From an uncultured Gammaproteobacteria bacterium (GTDB taxonomy: Bacteria > Patescibacteriota > Microgenomatia > UBA8517): DNA of 64,000 bases. The position numbers and the translations under genes are program-made. The stretch spans positions 321,488 through 385,487 of the forward strand of contig OZ246419.1 of the NCBI GenBank assembly GCA_965231135.1, in the 5' to 3' direction. The notes under the pieces are model-generated. The model saw only the letters and a list, made by a program, of their open reading frames with translations. It was not told the origin of the DNA and made no database searches. Shown in pieces: positions 47,466 to 56,982 of the stretch. Within the stretch, counting starts at the first letter, position 1. Every line of letters starts with the position of its first letter.

Positions 47466-48210
47466 TTGCTACGACTAGATAATCAAGCGGAAAGTAATTT
47501 GGAAAATTTAAATTAATGTTTTTGGAAACTGAAAATAAAATATTTGTGAAAATTACAATTTCTGGAGTGATTAATAAAAGAAAAATTAAATAGATTGTCA
47601 ATAAAATATTTTTTTTAGATTTTAGAATATCGAAAATTCTTTTTACTAAAAAAGCATTTAGTGATTGAAACCAAAACCCTAGAAAATTTCCATTTGCTTT
47701 TATTTTTTTAATTTTAAATTTATTATTTTTTAGTAAAAGTTTTAGCTCTGATTCACTAAATCGATATCGATCATACGGAACATCATGAAGAGGATACATA
47801 AAAGGTATAGTGAGAATCAGGATTCCGTTTTGTTTTAAAATTCTATTAATTTCAGAGAAAGTTTTTGATGGATTTTCTAGGTATTCAAAAACTTCAAGGC
47901 AAATGGCGATGTCGAAAGATTTGTTTGGAACGGGAATCTCTTTTGAAATATCGGCCAGGATGTCTGGCTTGTTTTGTGGATTGTATAGCAATGAAACTTT
48001 TGGATGATCGACGCCTATATACTTTTTTAGTTTTGTTTGAAGAATCTCACGGTATTCCATTCTGCCACATCCAAGATCGATTAATTTTTTATTTTTAGAG
48101 TATTTTAGTATTTCTACTAGTGCTTCTCTTGTATACGAAAGCATTATAAATTGGGGATGAAGAATTGTGTTTCCAAATTGGTCTGTAAATTTATTCCAGA
48201 AATTTTTCAT
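47455..48210 (-). CDS. class I SAM-dependent methyltransferase
   Basis: 251 aa. Motif I LIDLGCGRMEY. Motif II-like DIAICLEVFEYL is present. The NGILILT motif is present. Confidence 0.75.
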   Translation of the reverse strand: MKNFWNKFTDQFGNTILHPQFIMLSYTREALVEILKYSKNKKLIDLGCGRMEYREILQTKLKKYIGVDHPKVSLLYNPQNKPDILADISKEIPVPNKSFDIAICLEVFEYLENPSKTFSEINRILKQNGILILTIPFMYPLHDVPYDRYRFSESELKLLLKNNKFKIKKIKANGNFLGFWFQSLNAFLVKRIFDILKSKKNILLTIYLIFLLLITPEIVIFTNILFSVSKNINLNFPNYFPLDYLVVATKY

Positions 48211-48971
48211 TTATAAGACCTGGATATTTGTTCCATTGTTAGAATTTGTATTTTTTTTTCGTTTCTTTTTTTGTTTGCATATTTTAATATTTTTTCCAAC
48301 TCGTTAAGTAAATTTTCGCTGTCGTCTACTAGGTCTATTGGATGAAACCATATATGAAAAATTTCATGATTTTTAATTGCTTTGTTAATGCCTAACACAG
48401 ATTTTATATAACGAAGATTTTTAAAAATTATAAATTTTCGTATTCCTCTCGCTGAAACAAAGTACATTGATGATGGAATTTCAATAAGGTTAGAATTTTT
48501 TTTGGGATTTTGAGTTGGTGGAATTCTGGGAAGAATTAATTCAAATTCTGATTTGTCTTTACCTCTAAAGTCTATAAAATTGTGCTTTTTCAATAAACTT
48601 AGATATTTTATTTTATTTCTAGGGTAAACGAATGATTTTGCTTTATTTTTTTTGATTTCTTGATTTGCTTTTTTTGATGGAATTAAATTAAATATTTCGT
48701 GAGAATATGAATGGCTTCCCAACTCGTGAATCTTTTCTTTTTTGATCCAGGAAATAATATCTTTTCCTGACCAAAGAGGGTCATTACCTTCGTAAAGTTT
48801 ACCCACGATTGCCCAAGTTACTGAAATATTGTATTTATTGAAAAGTTTAAGTAGTTTTTTTATAACTTCTCTTTCCTTTTTTACTTTTTTGGTAAATTTT
48901 TGAATATCTAAATCTTTTCTTCCCCACAGAAGTTCTGTGTCGATTGAAATACAAAATGTTCCTTTTGTCAT
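48207..48971 (-). CDS. polysaccharide deacetylase-like (CE4-related) protein
   Basis: 254 aa. N-terminal FCISIDTELLWG...NISVTWAIVGKLYEG resembles the DTE-type polysaccharide deacetylase subfamily. HSYSHE is present. Confidence 0.5.
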   Translation of the reverse strand: MTKGTFCISIDTELLWGRKDLDIQKFTKKVKKEREVIKKLLKLFNKYNISVTWAIVGKLYEGNDPLWSGKDIISWIKKEKIHELGSHSYSHEIFNLIPSKKANQEIKKNKAKSFVYPRNKIKYLSLLKKHNFIDFRGKDKSEFELILPRIPPTQNPKKNSNLIEIPSSMYFVSARGIRKFIIFKNLRYIKSVLGINKAIKNHEIFHIWFHPIDLVDDSENLLNELEKILKYANKKRNEKKIQILTMEQISRSYK

Positions 48972-48998
48972 TTTATGATTATATAATACTAGAGGTTT

Positions 48999-50150
48999 AT
49001 GCGAATTGGAATTTTAACTCACAATTATCCGAGAAATTCTAGAGAACAAATTGGTGCAGAGGTTTTTGTTTACAGTTTTGCGAGACTCCTAAAAAAAGAG
49101 GGGCATGAAGTATTTGTATTTTGTCCTAGTTATTCAGGAAAAAAAGAGAAGTATAAGGATGTACCAGTGACATGGTTTTACTGGCATGATGACAACAAGA
49201 AAATGGGAGATCTTTCCTTAGCTAATATTTCTTCTCTGTTTTGGATTTCTATCATGGTACTAAAGGGTGGTTTTGAAGTTTTAAAGTTTATACAAACAAA
49301 TGATATTGATGTGATTATATCAATGTGGGCTTTTCCGGCTGGATTCTGGGCCATGATTGGAAAATTTTTTGCTGGTAAACCTTCTGTTATTATATCAATG
49401 GGTTCTGATATTTTTGTTTATCCAAAAATATTGCCAATAAAATGGTTAACGGGGTTTATTTTAATGATGGGTGATTTGGTTTATGGCAATGGTTATAAAA
49501 TTTGTAGAAGGATTAAGGAAATATCGGGAAGGAAGGCTTTGTTCTTTCCGATAACTGCTTCAAATTTGCCATTTAAATATGCAATGAAAATCAAAATGGA
49601 TACAAAAAAATTCAACTTTATATATGTGGGAAGACTTGAGCCGGTTAAAGGACCTGATGTTTTGTTTGAAGCCACGAAAAAATTAAGAAGAAAGGTCGAT
49701 AACTTTGTTGTTTATCTGGCAGGACCTGGAACAATGTTTGAGGACTTAAAAGTTAAAGTTAAGAAAGATAGACTAGATGAGAACTTTAAGCTTCTAGGAC
49801 CGGTTTATGATAGAAAAAAAGTTGCCGGACTGTTTTTGCAGGCAGACAGTTTGGTTATGGCCTCAAGAAGCGAAAGTACCCCCTTCACTGTGATTGAGGC
49901 AATTAATGCGAAATTGCCAATTGTTGTTACAGATGTAGGGGATATGGGGAAAATTGCCAGTGATTTTAAGATTGGTTTTGTTGCACCTGCAGAAGATGCA
50001 ACTGCTTTGGCTGACGAAATGTTTAAAATAATAAAAAAAGGGAAAGGTTTCAAGAAAAAAATTGCCAAAAACTTCAAAAAACCCAAAGAAATTTATGATA
50101 CTTATAAATCTACAAAAAAAATGTTATTAAAAGTAGAAGAATTGTTATGA
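48999..50150 (+). CDS. GT4 glycosyltransferase
   Basis: 383 aa. RSESTPFTVIEAINAKLPIVVTDVGDMG (EX7E). Confidence 0.8.
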   Translation: MRIGILTHNYPRNSREQIGAEVFVYSFARLLKKEGHEVFVFCPSYSGKKEKYKDVPVTWFYWHDDNKKMGDLSLANISSLFWISIMVLKGGFEVLKFIQTNDIDVIISMWAFPAGFWAMIGKFFAGKPSVIISMGSDIFVYPKILPIKWLTGFILMMGDLVYGNGYKICRRIKEISGRKALFFPITASNLPFKYAMKIKMDTKKFNFIYVGRLEPVKGPDVLFEATKKLRRKVDNFVVYLAGPGTMFEDLKVKVKKDRLDENFKLLGPVYDRKKVAGLFLQADSLVMASRSESTPFTVIEAINAKLPIVVTDVGDMGKIASDFKIGFVAPAEDATALADEMFKIIKKGKGFKKKIAKNFKKPKEIYDTYKSTKKMLLKVEELL

Positions 50151-52216
50151 AAAAAATTGCTTTTATTTTTGCTTTTATTTTTTTTATTGCTGGACTTTTT
50201 ACTTTAAAAGATTACGGAATTAATTGGGATGTTATTAATCATCTTCCGCGAGGACAGGCATATTTAAATTATTATTTGACAGGTAAAAAAGATTATTCTA
50301 ATTTGCAGGATTTTTTTTCTGGTTGGCAAACATTGGGCCAATGGTATTATCAAAACCCTACAAGCCTTTTTATTAATGCAGATATACCTTTGTCTAAAGT
50401 CCCAACCCGAAGTCTTTATCAAAATAGTGATCTTAACTTTAGCTATTTTATGTCGAATGATGGATATGGTCATCCGCCGCTTTCGGATATATTGTCGTCT
50501 TTATTTAATGTAGTTTTATTTCAGAAACTAAGAATTATTGATGATATTGACGCTTATCATGTTTATGGAGTTTTGCTTGCGAGTGTTTTGGTTGGGCTGA
50601 TATTTTATTGGGTCTCTAGAGTTTACGGAAAAATTGCTGGTTCGTTAGCAAGTTTGTCACTTGCATCTTACCCGCTTTTTTGGAGTGAAATGCATTTTAA
50701 TACGGAAAAAGATGTGCCGGAGACTGTTTATTGGAGTATTTTTATTTTTTTTGTATGGAAGGGGATTGTAACAAAAAAAGCGAAGTGGATATTTGTTTCT
50801 GGAATATTTTTTGGTTTAGCCCTTGGCACAAAATTTAATATTTTGTTTGCAGTTTTTGTAATAGTTCCTTGGACTTTATCGTATTTTATTTTTGAAAAGC
50901 AAAAGCTATTATCAAAAATTAATTTTAAGATTTTGTTTGCCGCAATTTTTGCATTTGCGATTGGCATTTTAATCTTTGTTGTTTTTTGGCCTTATCTTTG
51001 GCCGGATCCGATTGGAAGAGTGCAAAATGTAATTCAATTTTATAAAGATATTGGAATTGCAACTGGACCTGTTGATCCAAGATTTTCTGGTCCACTTGGA
51101 ATAAATTATTATCCTGTTTTTTGGATAATAACTACCACACCGCCGATTGTTTTAATTTTTTCTGGTGCTGGAGTTATTTTTGGAATTATAAATTTTAAAA
51201 AACATAAAGAGATTTCTATTTTATTTTTGTTGTGGTTTTTAGTTCCTATACTTAGAGTTACGTGGCATGGGGCAAATATTTATGGCGGAATAAGACAGTT
51301 GATGGAATATGTGCCTGCACTTTGTGCATTTGCTGGGATTGGCGGAAGTTATTTGTTTAATAAATTAAGAAGGTTTAGAAATAATCTTTTTGTAAAGAGT
51401 GTGTTTGTGGCGGTTGTATTTTTAGTTTTGCTTGTTCCTATTATCGGGACACATCCTGTTGAGGATGTGTATTTTAATTTTCTTGTTGGCGGACTTGCTG
51501 GGGCAAAGGCGATGGATATTCCAGCATGGGGAAACAGTTTTGGTTCGGCATATAGGCAGGCAATTGACTGGATTGATGTAAATGTGCCAAAAAACTCCAA
51601 ACTGGTTTATGCGTATGAACTTATTCCTAATGTTCCAAGAATTTGGATAAGACAAGATATTGATCTTGATAACGCGAATCGTAGCGGATATTTGCGCAAC
51701 GGAGAGTATGCAATGACATTAAATTACGAAGGAACCGACACAAGAAGTTATTACGATATGTATTTGACTACTTTTCTAAACCCAGTGTATCAGGAAAAAA
51801 TTGATGGTGTGCCTGTTGTGACTGTTTGGAAAAATGACGATGCACATTTAAAGAATCCATGGATTGAGAAAAAAGTTCCAAAGGTTAATGTGATAAAAAC
51901 AGAAAATAGTTTGAAGTTTGATTTGAATGATGAATATAAAATCTCAAGACTTGATATGACATATAATCAAAATAAATGCAGTAATTTGACGAGTGGATAT
52001 TTTGAAATTTCAAACGATAATGTTAGTTGGACGAGATTGCCTGGAGTTTTACCAGATGATTGGGCAATATCAGTTTTGAAACAACAACCAGACAAAGGGA
52101 AGTTTACAGAACCATTTGTGGGGCAAAATGTAAGATTTATAAAATTTAATATGTTGCCTGAAAATACTTGTTTATTGAAAAATTATAGAAGTTTTAGTTT
52201 TTATTACTTACAATAA
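50147..52216 (+). CDS. GT-C-like membrane glycosyltransferase with C-terminal discoidin (F5/8 type C)-like carbohydrate-binding domain
   Basis: 689 aa. N-terminal TM, loop KDYGINWDVINHLPRG, about 11 TM helices. The roughly 230-aa C-terminal soluble region ends ...ISRLDMTYNQNKCSNLTSGYFEISNDNVSWTRL...VGQNVRFIKFNML, resembling discoidin-domain signatures. Confidence 0.6.
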   Translation: MKKIAFIFAFIFFIAGLFTLKDYGINWDVINHLPRGQAYLNYYLTGKKDYSNLQDFFSGWQTLGQWYYQNPTSLFINADIPLSKVPTRSLYQNSDLNFSYFMSNDGYGHPPLSDILSSLFNVVLFQKLRIIDDIDAYHVYGVLLASVLVGLIFYWVSRVYGKIAGSLASLSLASYPLFWSEMHFNTEKDVPETVYWSIFIFFVWKGIVTKKAKWIFVSGIFFGLALGTKFNILFAVFVIVPWTLSYFIFEKQKLLSKINFKILFAAIFAFAIGILIFVVFWPYLWPDPIGRVQNVIQFYKDIGIATGPVDPRFSGPLGINYYPVFWIITTTPPIVLIFSGAGVIFGIINFKKHKEISILFLLWFLVPILRVTWHGANIYGGIRQLMEYVPALCAFAGIGGSYLFNKLRRFRNNLFVKSVFVAVVFLVLLVPIIGTHPVEDVYFNFLVGGLAGAKAMDIPAWGNSFGSAYRQAIDWIDVNVPKNSKLVYAYELIPNVPRIWIRQDIDLDNANRSGYLRNGEYAMTLNYEGTDTRSYYDMYLTTFLNPVYQEKIDGVPVVTVWKNDDAHLKNPWIEKKVPKVNVIKTENSLKFDLNDEYKISRLDMTYNQNKCSNLTSGYFEISNDNVSWTRLPGVLPDDWAISVLKQQPDKGKFTEPFVGQNVRFIKFNMLPENTCLLKNYRSFSFYYLQ

Positions 52217-53129
52217 TATTTTGATAATTTTGCTTTCCTTCAAAATGAATAATCATCTCTGCCAGAAGACCTGTCATTAATAAATTAACTCCTAAAATAA
52301 TTAACATTACTCCCAAGAAAAGAAGCGGATAGTGAAATTGAATACTGCCGGTTGTTATTTCAAGAAAACTGATATAAAAACCGATAATTGTTCCGATTAT
52401 AATCATTACAAGTCCGATAAATCCAAAAAAATGCCCCGGTCTGCGCAAATATCTAACTAAGAAAAAAACGGTTAACAAATCAAGCCATCCGCTTAATAAT
52501 CTTTTTATTCCGTATTTTGATTTACCATACTTGCGGCGTCGATGAGAAACGATTACCTCATCAACTTTGAAGTTTTGTTTTTGTGCAATTATTGGAATAA
52601 AACGATAAAGATCTCCATGCAAATTTAAATCTTTGACAACATCTTTTTTGTAAGCTTTGAAACCGCAATTCATGTCGTGTATTTTGAGGCCAGTTAAAAG
52701 CCTAACAAGAGAATTCATAACTTTAGATGGAATAGTTTTACTAATAGGGTCTTTTCTTCTTTTTTTCCAACCTGAAACCAAATCGTTTCCTTCATTAATT
52801 TTTTTAATAAAACTAGGTATATCCTTTGGATTGTCTTGAAGGTCTGCATCAAGAGTAAAAACAATATCCCCTGAAGCCTTCTCAAAACCAATTGATAGCG
52901 CCACTGATTTTCCCCAATTACCTCTAAGTTTAATAACGGAAATATTTTTATCTTTTTTTCTTAATTTTTCAAAGATATTAAAAGTTCGATCTGTTGATCC
53001 GTCATCAATAAAAATTATTTCATATTTTGTTTTTAACTTTTTAACTTCGTTAATTAATTCCTTATACAAAATTTCTATGGAGTCTTCTTCATTTTTAGCT
53101 GGGATAATGAATGAAAGTTTTTTTATCAT
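52194..53129 (-). CDS. GT2 polyprenol-phosphate glycosyltransferase, GtrB/ArnC/Dpm1-like with two C-terminal TM helices
   Basis: 311 aa. LSFIIPAKNEE, IIFIDDGSTDRT, TLDADLQD and NCGFKAY motifs. The C-terminal ...FFGFIGLVMIIIGTIIGF...LLFLGVMLIILGVNLLMTGLLAEMI is typical of GtrB/ArnC. Confidence 0.8.
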   Translation of the reverse strand: MIKKLSFIIPAKNEEDSIEILYKELINEVKKLKTKYEIIFIDDGSTDRTFNIFEKLRKKDKNISVIKLRGNWGKSVALSIGFEKASGDIVFTLDADLQDNPKDIPSFIKKINEGNDLVSGWKKRRKDPISKTIPSKVMNSLVRLLTGLKIHDMNCGFKAYKKDVVKDLNLHGDLYRFIPIIAQKQNFKVDEVIVSHRRRKYGKSKYGIKRLLSGWLDLLTVFFLVRYLRRPGHFFGFIGLVMIIIGTIIGFYISFLEITTGSIQFHYPLLFLGVMLIILGVNLLMTGLLAEMIIHFEGKQNYQNIIVSNKN

Positions 53130-53175
53130 GGCTTTGATTTAAATTTGGCAATATCATATCATAATAAAGTCAACA

Positions 53176-53982
53176 ATGAAAAAAGATCTAGTTTCAATAG
53201 TTATTCCAGCACGAAACGAAGAAAAAAACATCGGAAGGTTGTTGGATAGTATCAAAAAACAGTCTTATAAAAGAATTGAGACAATTGTGGTCGATGATGG
53301 TTCTTCTGATAAAACAATCAATATTTCAAAACAGAAAGGTGCAAAGGTTTTTCAAAGAGCGCATTTAGAAAGGAGCGCGCAGAGGAATTTTGGAGCGTCG
53401 AAGGCAAAAGGAAAATATCTAATTTTCTTAGATGCTGATATGGAACTTACAAAAAAAGTTGTGGAAGATTGTGTTTCTACCGTTTTTGGAAAATATAAAT
53501 TACTAGTTATTCCGGAAAAAACTGTTGGAAATAATTTTATTGCCAGGATTCGTAATTTTGAACGAGAGATGTACATGGGTGACTTTTCAATTGAGGTAGC
53601 AAGGTTTTTTGAAAAGAAAATTTTTGAGGAATATGGAGGATATGATTTAGAGCTTACAGGGCCTGAAGATTATGATTTACCATATCGTATTGGTAAACAA
53701 TATGAAATCGGCAGAAGTGGTGAATATATATTGCATCACGAAGAAGGGGTGACACTTTATAGACTTTTGAAGAAAAAATATTATTACGGGAGAAACGGTG
53801 CAAAATATGCAAAAAAACACCCTGAGCTAATTGCAACTCAAGGAAATCTACTATTTCGTAAAGCCTATTTCAGAAATTGGAAAAAATTTGTCAATGATCC
53901 TGTGCTTGGATTTTCATTTGTTATTGTTAGAACTTTGGAAGCAACCTGGGCTGTTGCTGGGTATTTAAGTTCATTTATATGA
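53176..53982 (+). CDS. GT2 glycosyltransferase (KdtX/WaaE-like subgroup)
   Basis: 268 aa. VSIVIPARNEEKNIGRLLDSIKKQSY...IVVDDGSSDKT...FLDADME. Confidence 0.8.
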   Translation: MKKDLVSIVIPARNEEKNIGRLLDSIKKQSYKRIETIVVDDGSSDKTINISKQKGAKVFQRAHLERSAQRNFGASKAKGKYLIFLDADMELTKKVVEDCVSTVFGKYKLLVIPEKTVGNNFIARIRNFEREMYMGDFSIEVARFFEKKIFEEYGGYDLELTGPEDYDLPYRIGKQYEIGRSGEYILHHEEGVTLYRLLKKKYYYGRNGAKYAKKHPELIATQGNLLFRKAYFRNWKKFVNDPVLGFSFVIVRTLEATWAVAGYLSSFI

Positions 53983-54968
53983 AACCAAAAGTCTCAATTA
54001 TAATTGTCAATTTTAATGGAGGAGAAGTTTTTGAAAATTGTTTGCAAAGTATTAAAAAACTTGATTATACGAATTACGAAACAATTGTTTTTGATAATGG
54101 AAGTAGAGATGGAACGCAGAAGTATGCAAGTTTAAAATCAAAGAAAAATATTGGATTTGTAGGTGGAAATAATGAGGCACTAAAAATTGCAAAAGGAAAA
54201 TATATACTGCTTCTCAATAACGACACTCTTGTGAAGAAAGATTTGTTAGATGTGATGGTTAATAAGATGGAAAGTGATGAAACAATTGGTGTAATTCAGC
54301 CAAAAATATATTTGATGGATAAAAAAGATTATCTAGATAACGCTGGAAGTTTTTGGACAAATATTGGTTTTTTGGATCATTGGGGATTTAATCAAAAAGA
54401 TTCTAAAGAATATGATAGCGAACGCGAAATTTTTTCTGCTAAAGGAGCCTGTATGATGATTCGTAAGGATTTAATAAAAAAAATTGGATTGTTTGATGAA
54501 GATTATTTTGCATATTTTGAGGAAAGTGACTTTTGTTTTAGGGTGTGGATAGCAGGCAAACGAGTTGTTTATTTTCCGAAAACCTCAATACAACACAAAG
54601 TTGGCTTTACAACCAAAAGAAGTAATGTTAGTTTTTTGAACTATTTATATTATCGGAATCGTATACAATGTTTAATTAAAAATTTGGAAGTTAAAGATTT
54701 AATTTCTGTTTTATCGGCGCATTTTTTTGTTTCGCTAGGAATAGCATTTGTCTTTTTGATTAGAGGGAGCATCGAAAATTTTTTTCTTGTAATGAGAGCA
54801 ATTAAATGGAATTTTGTTAATTTAAATGCTACTTTGAAAAAGAGAAAAAATGTGCAAAACTATCGTGTTTATAAAGATGAAGAAATATTTGCAAGAGTTG
54901 GCCATAAAGTTAATTGGAGTAAATTTTTTGGTGACTTCAAAAGAATTGAAAAGGATTTGGCAAAATAA
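53979..54968 (+). CDS. GT2 glycosyltransferase
   Basis: 329 aa. VSIIIVNFNGGE, VFDNGSRDGT, GFVGGNNEA, LLNNDT, GACMMI and YFEESDF motifs are present. Confidence 0.85.
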   Translation: MKPKVSIIIVNFNGGEVFENCLQSIKKLDYTNYETIVFDNGSRDGTQKYASLKSKKNIGFVGGNNEALKIAKGKYILLLNNDTLVKKDLLDVMVNKMESDETIGVIQPKIYLMDKKDYLDNAGSFWTNIGFLDHWGFNQKDSKEYDSEREIFSAKGACMMIRKDLIKKIGLFDEDYFAYFEESDFCFRVWIAGKRVVYFPKTSIQHKVGFTTKRSNVSFLNYLYYRNRIQCLIKNLEVKDLISVLSAHFFVSLGIAFVFLIRGSIENFFLVMRAIKWNFVNLNATLKKRKNVQNYRVYKDEEIFARVGHKVNWSKFFGDFKRIEKDLAK

Positions 54969-54983
54969 TGGTTTTTTCTTCAG

Positions 54984-56264
54984 ATGAAAATTGGAATAAT
55001 TGGCGCTGGATTTACTGGACTTTCCGCGGGATATGAGCTTTCTAAAAAAGGACATGATGTGACGATTTTTGAGGCTAGTAAAATTCCTGGTGGACTAGCA
55101 ACTGGATTTAAAAATAAAAAATGGAAATGGGAATTAGAATCACATTACCATCATCTTTTTAAGACAGACTATGAAATACAGAGATTGGCAAAAGAAGTAG
55201 ATCATAAAATAATTTTTGTTAGACCAAAAACTTCAACTTTTTATAAAGATGTCATAATGCAAATAGATTCTCCTTTGTCTTTAATGAAGTTTAAACATCT
55301 TAGTTTACAAAGTAGAATAAGAACTGGAACTGTTTTGGCGTATTTAAAAATTACAAATAATTGGAAGCCGTTAGAGAAAATTACAGCAAAAAAATTTTTA
55401 ATTAAAACAATGGGGGAGGATTCTTGGAAAGTTTTATGGCAACCGCTTTTAGAAAAAAAATTTGGTCAATATTCCACTCAAATTCCAGCTTCTTGGTTTT
55501 GGGCTAGAGTGAAATCCCGTACAGCAGTTCTAGGTTATCCTGAGGGAGGTTTTGATAAATTTGCACAAAAAATATGTCAGGAAATTAAAAAAAATAAAGG
55601 AGAAGTTTTATTTGAGAAAAAAGTTTTAAAAATTCTTAATAAAAAGAAAAAAATTTATATAAAAATTGGAGGAGGAGAAAGATATGCATTCGATAAAGTC
55701 ATATGTACTTTGCCAACTAATTTGTTTACAAAAATAACTTCTGGCTTACCAGATAACTATTTAAGATCCGCAGCAAGATTTAGTGGAATAGGCGCGACTA
55801 ATTTAGTATTAGTTTTGAGTAAAAGTTTTTTAGATGATGGAACATATTGGTTGAATATTAATGAAGCAAAATATCCGTTTCTTGCAATTGTTGAGCATAC
55901 AAATTTTATGAATAGTAAAAATTATGGTAAAGAAAAAATTATTTATATTGGCAATTATCTTGAAAATAATAATAAATATTTTCTTATGAGTGACAAAGAG
56001 CTTTTGAAAGAATATTTACCTTATTTGAAAAAAATTAATAAACGGTTTAGTAAATCATGGATAAAACGTATATATTTAGCAAAAGCTTTTTTTGCTCAAC
56101 CGATCATTGTTAAGAATTATTCCAAAAAAGTATTACCTTTTAAGACTCCAATTAAAAATCTTTTCCTAGCAAATATTCAACAAGTTTATCCCTGGGATCG
56201 CGGAACAAATTATGCTGTAGAATTAGGAAGACGAGTTGCGAAGGAAGTTTTACTAAATGATTGA
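54984..56264 (+). CDS. FAD/NAD(P)-binding oxidoreductase (amine-oxidase / protoporphyrinogen-oxidase / phytoene-desaturase-like fold)
   Basis: 426 aa. N-terminal KIGIIGAGFTGLSAGYELSKKGHDVTIFE...PGG (GxGxxG dinucleotide-binding beta-alpha-beta). Confidence 0.65.
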   Translation: MKIGIIGAGFTGLSAGYELSKKGHDVTIFEASKIPGGLATGFKNKKWKWELESHYHHLFKTDYEIQRLAKEVDHKIIFVRPKTSTFYKDVIMQIDSPLSLMKFKHLSLQSRIRTGTVLAYLKITNNWKPLEKITAKKFLIKTMGEDSWKVLWQPLLEKKFGQYSTQIPASWFWARVKSRTAVLGYPEGGFDKFAQKICQEIKKNKGEVLFEKKVLKILNKKKKIYIKIGGGERYAFDKVICTLPTNLFTKITSGLPDNYLRSAARFSGIGATNLVLVLSKSFLDDGTYWLNINEAKYPFLAIVEHTNFMNSKNYGKEKIIYIGNYLENNNKYFLMSDKELLKEYLPYLKKINKRFSKSWIKRIYLAKAFFAQPIIVKNYSKKVLPFKTPIKNLFLANIQQVYPWDRGTNYAVELGRRVAKEVLLND

Positions 56265-56982
56265 AATCTTGCAAAAAATAATTGCTATTTTTATGGATTA
56301 TATTGTTGGTGAATCGTTTGTTCAAAAAAAACTGAAAAATAAAAATGTGAAGAAGATTATTGATTTATATGCGAAAACTGATTACACAAAAAGTTTTGTA
56401 AAATTTAGGTTTTGGTTTGGACCACTCTATGAGGTAAATAATTTAACTCCAAAATTTGGAACTATTTTAGATATTGGTTCAGGTGAGGGAATACTTGCAA
56501 ATTTTTTAGCTTTAAATAATGTAAAAAGAAAAGTAGTTGGTGTTGAAATAAATAAAGACAGAATAAAAGAAGCAAATAAAGGATTAAAAAATACAAAATT
56601 TATAGCAAAAAGCGCGTTTAGTGCAACACTTCCAAAAGCCGATGCAATTGTAGTAAGTCATGTGATGCACCATTTAGGAAGCATGAAACTTCAAGAGAAA
56701 CTTCTGGATGTTGTTTACAAAAAGTTAAAGAAAAACGGGAAGTTTATCTTAGCTGAAGTTGATAGAGAATTTTCTTTAAGATATTTATTTGGTTTTTTTG
56801 CTGATACTGTTCCAATTCCTATTTTTTTCGAAAAAAAACTTTTTGATTTTAAGATTTATCACAGGAGTAAAAAGGATTGGACTAAACTTCTAAAAAAACA
56901 TGGATTTAAAATAGTTTATCAAAAGAACACTGAAGATAGAGCTTACCCCGAGGTTATTTTTGTTGCTATAAAAAATGACTAA
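56257..56982 (+). CDS. class I SAM-dependent methyltransferase
   Basis: 241 aa. ILDIGSGEGILANFL (motif I), VVGVEIN motif present, DAIVVSHVMHHL motif present. Confidence 0.75.
   Translation: MIEILQKIIAIFMDYIVGESFVQKKLKNKNVKKIIDLYAKTDYTKSFVKFRFWFGPLYEVNNLTPKFGTILDIGSGEGILANFLALNNVKRKVVGVEINKDRIKEANKGLKNTKFIAKSAFSATLPKADAIVVSHVMHHLGSMKLQEKLLDVVYKKLKKNGKFILAEVDREFSLRYLFGFFADTVPIPIFFEKKLFDFKIYHRSKKDWTKLLKKHGFKIVYQKNTEDRAYPEVIFVAIKND

Noticed and set aside
48241-48262. Homopolymeric T/A tracts as phase-variation switches. This one lies in the 3' end of the deacetylase-like gene, and others are the A9 at 59466-59474 inside the fusion gene and the A8 at 61622-61629
   Set aside because: Tracts of 8-9 A/T are common by chance at this base composition. 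They fall in lysine-coding runs in frame. With no population or read data, slipped-strand variation cannot be claimed.
54984-56264. Considered calling the flavoprotein UDP-galactopyranose mutase (Glf)
   Set aside because: The N-terminal GxGxxG fits. The remainder does not match the Glf sequence as I recall it, and it resembles the PPOX/amine-oxidase/phytoene-desaturase fold more. It is left as a generic FAD oxidoreductase.
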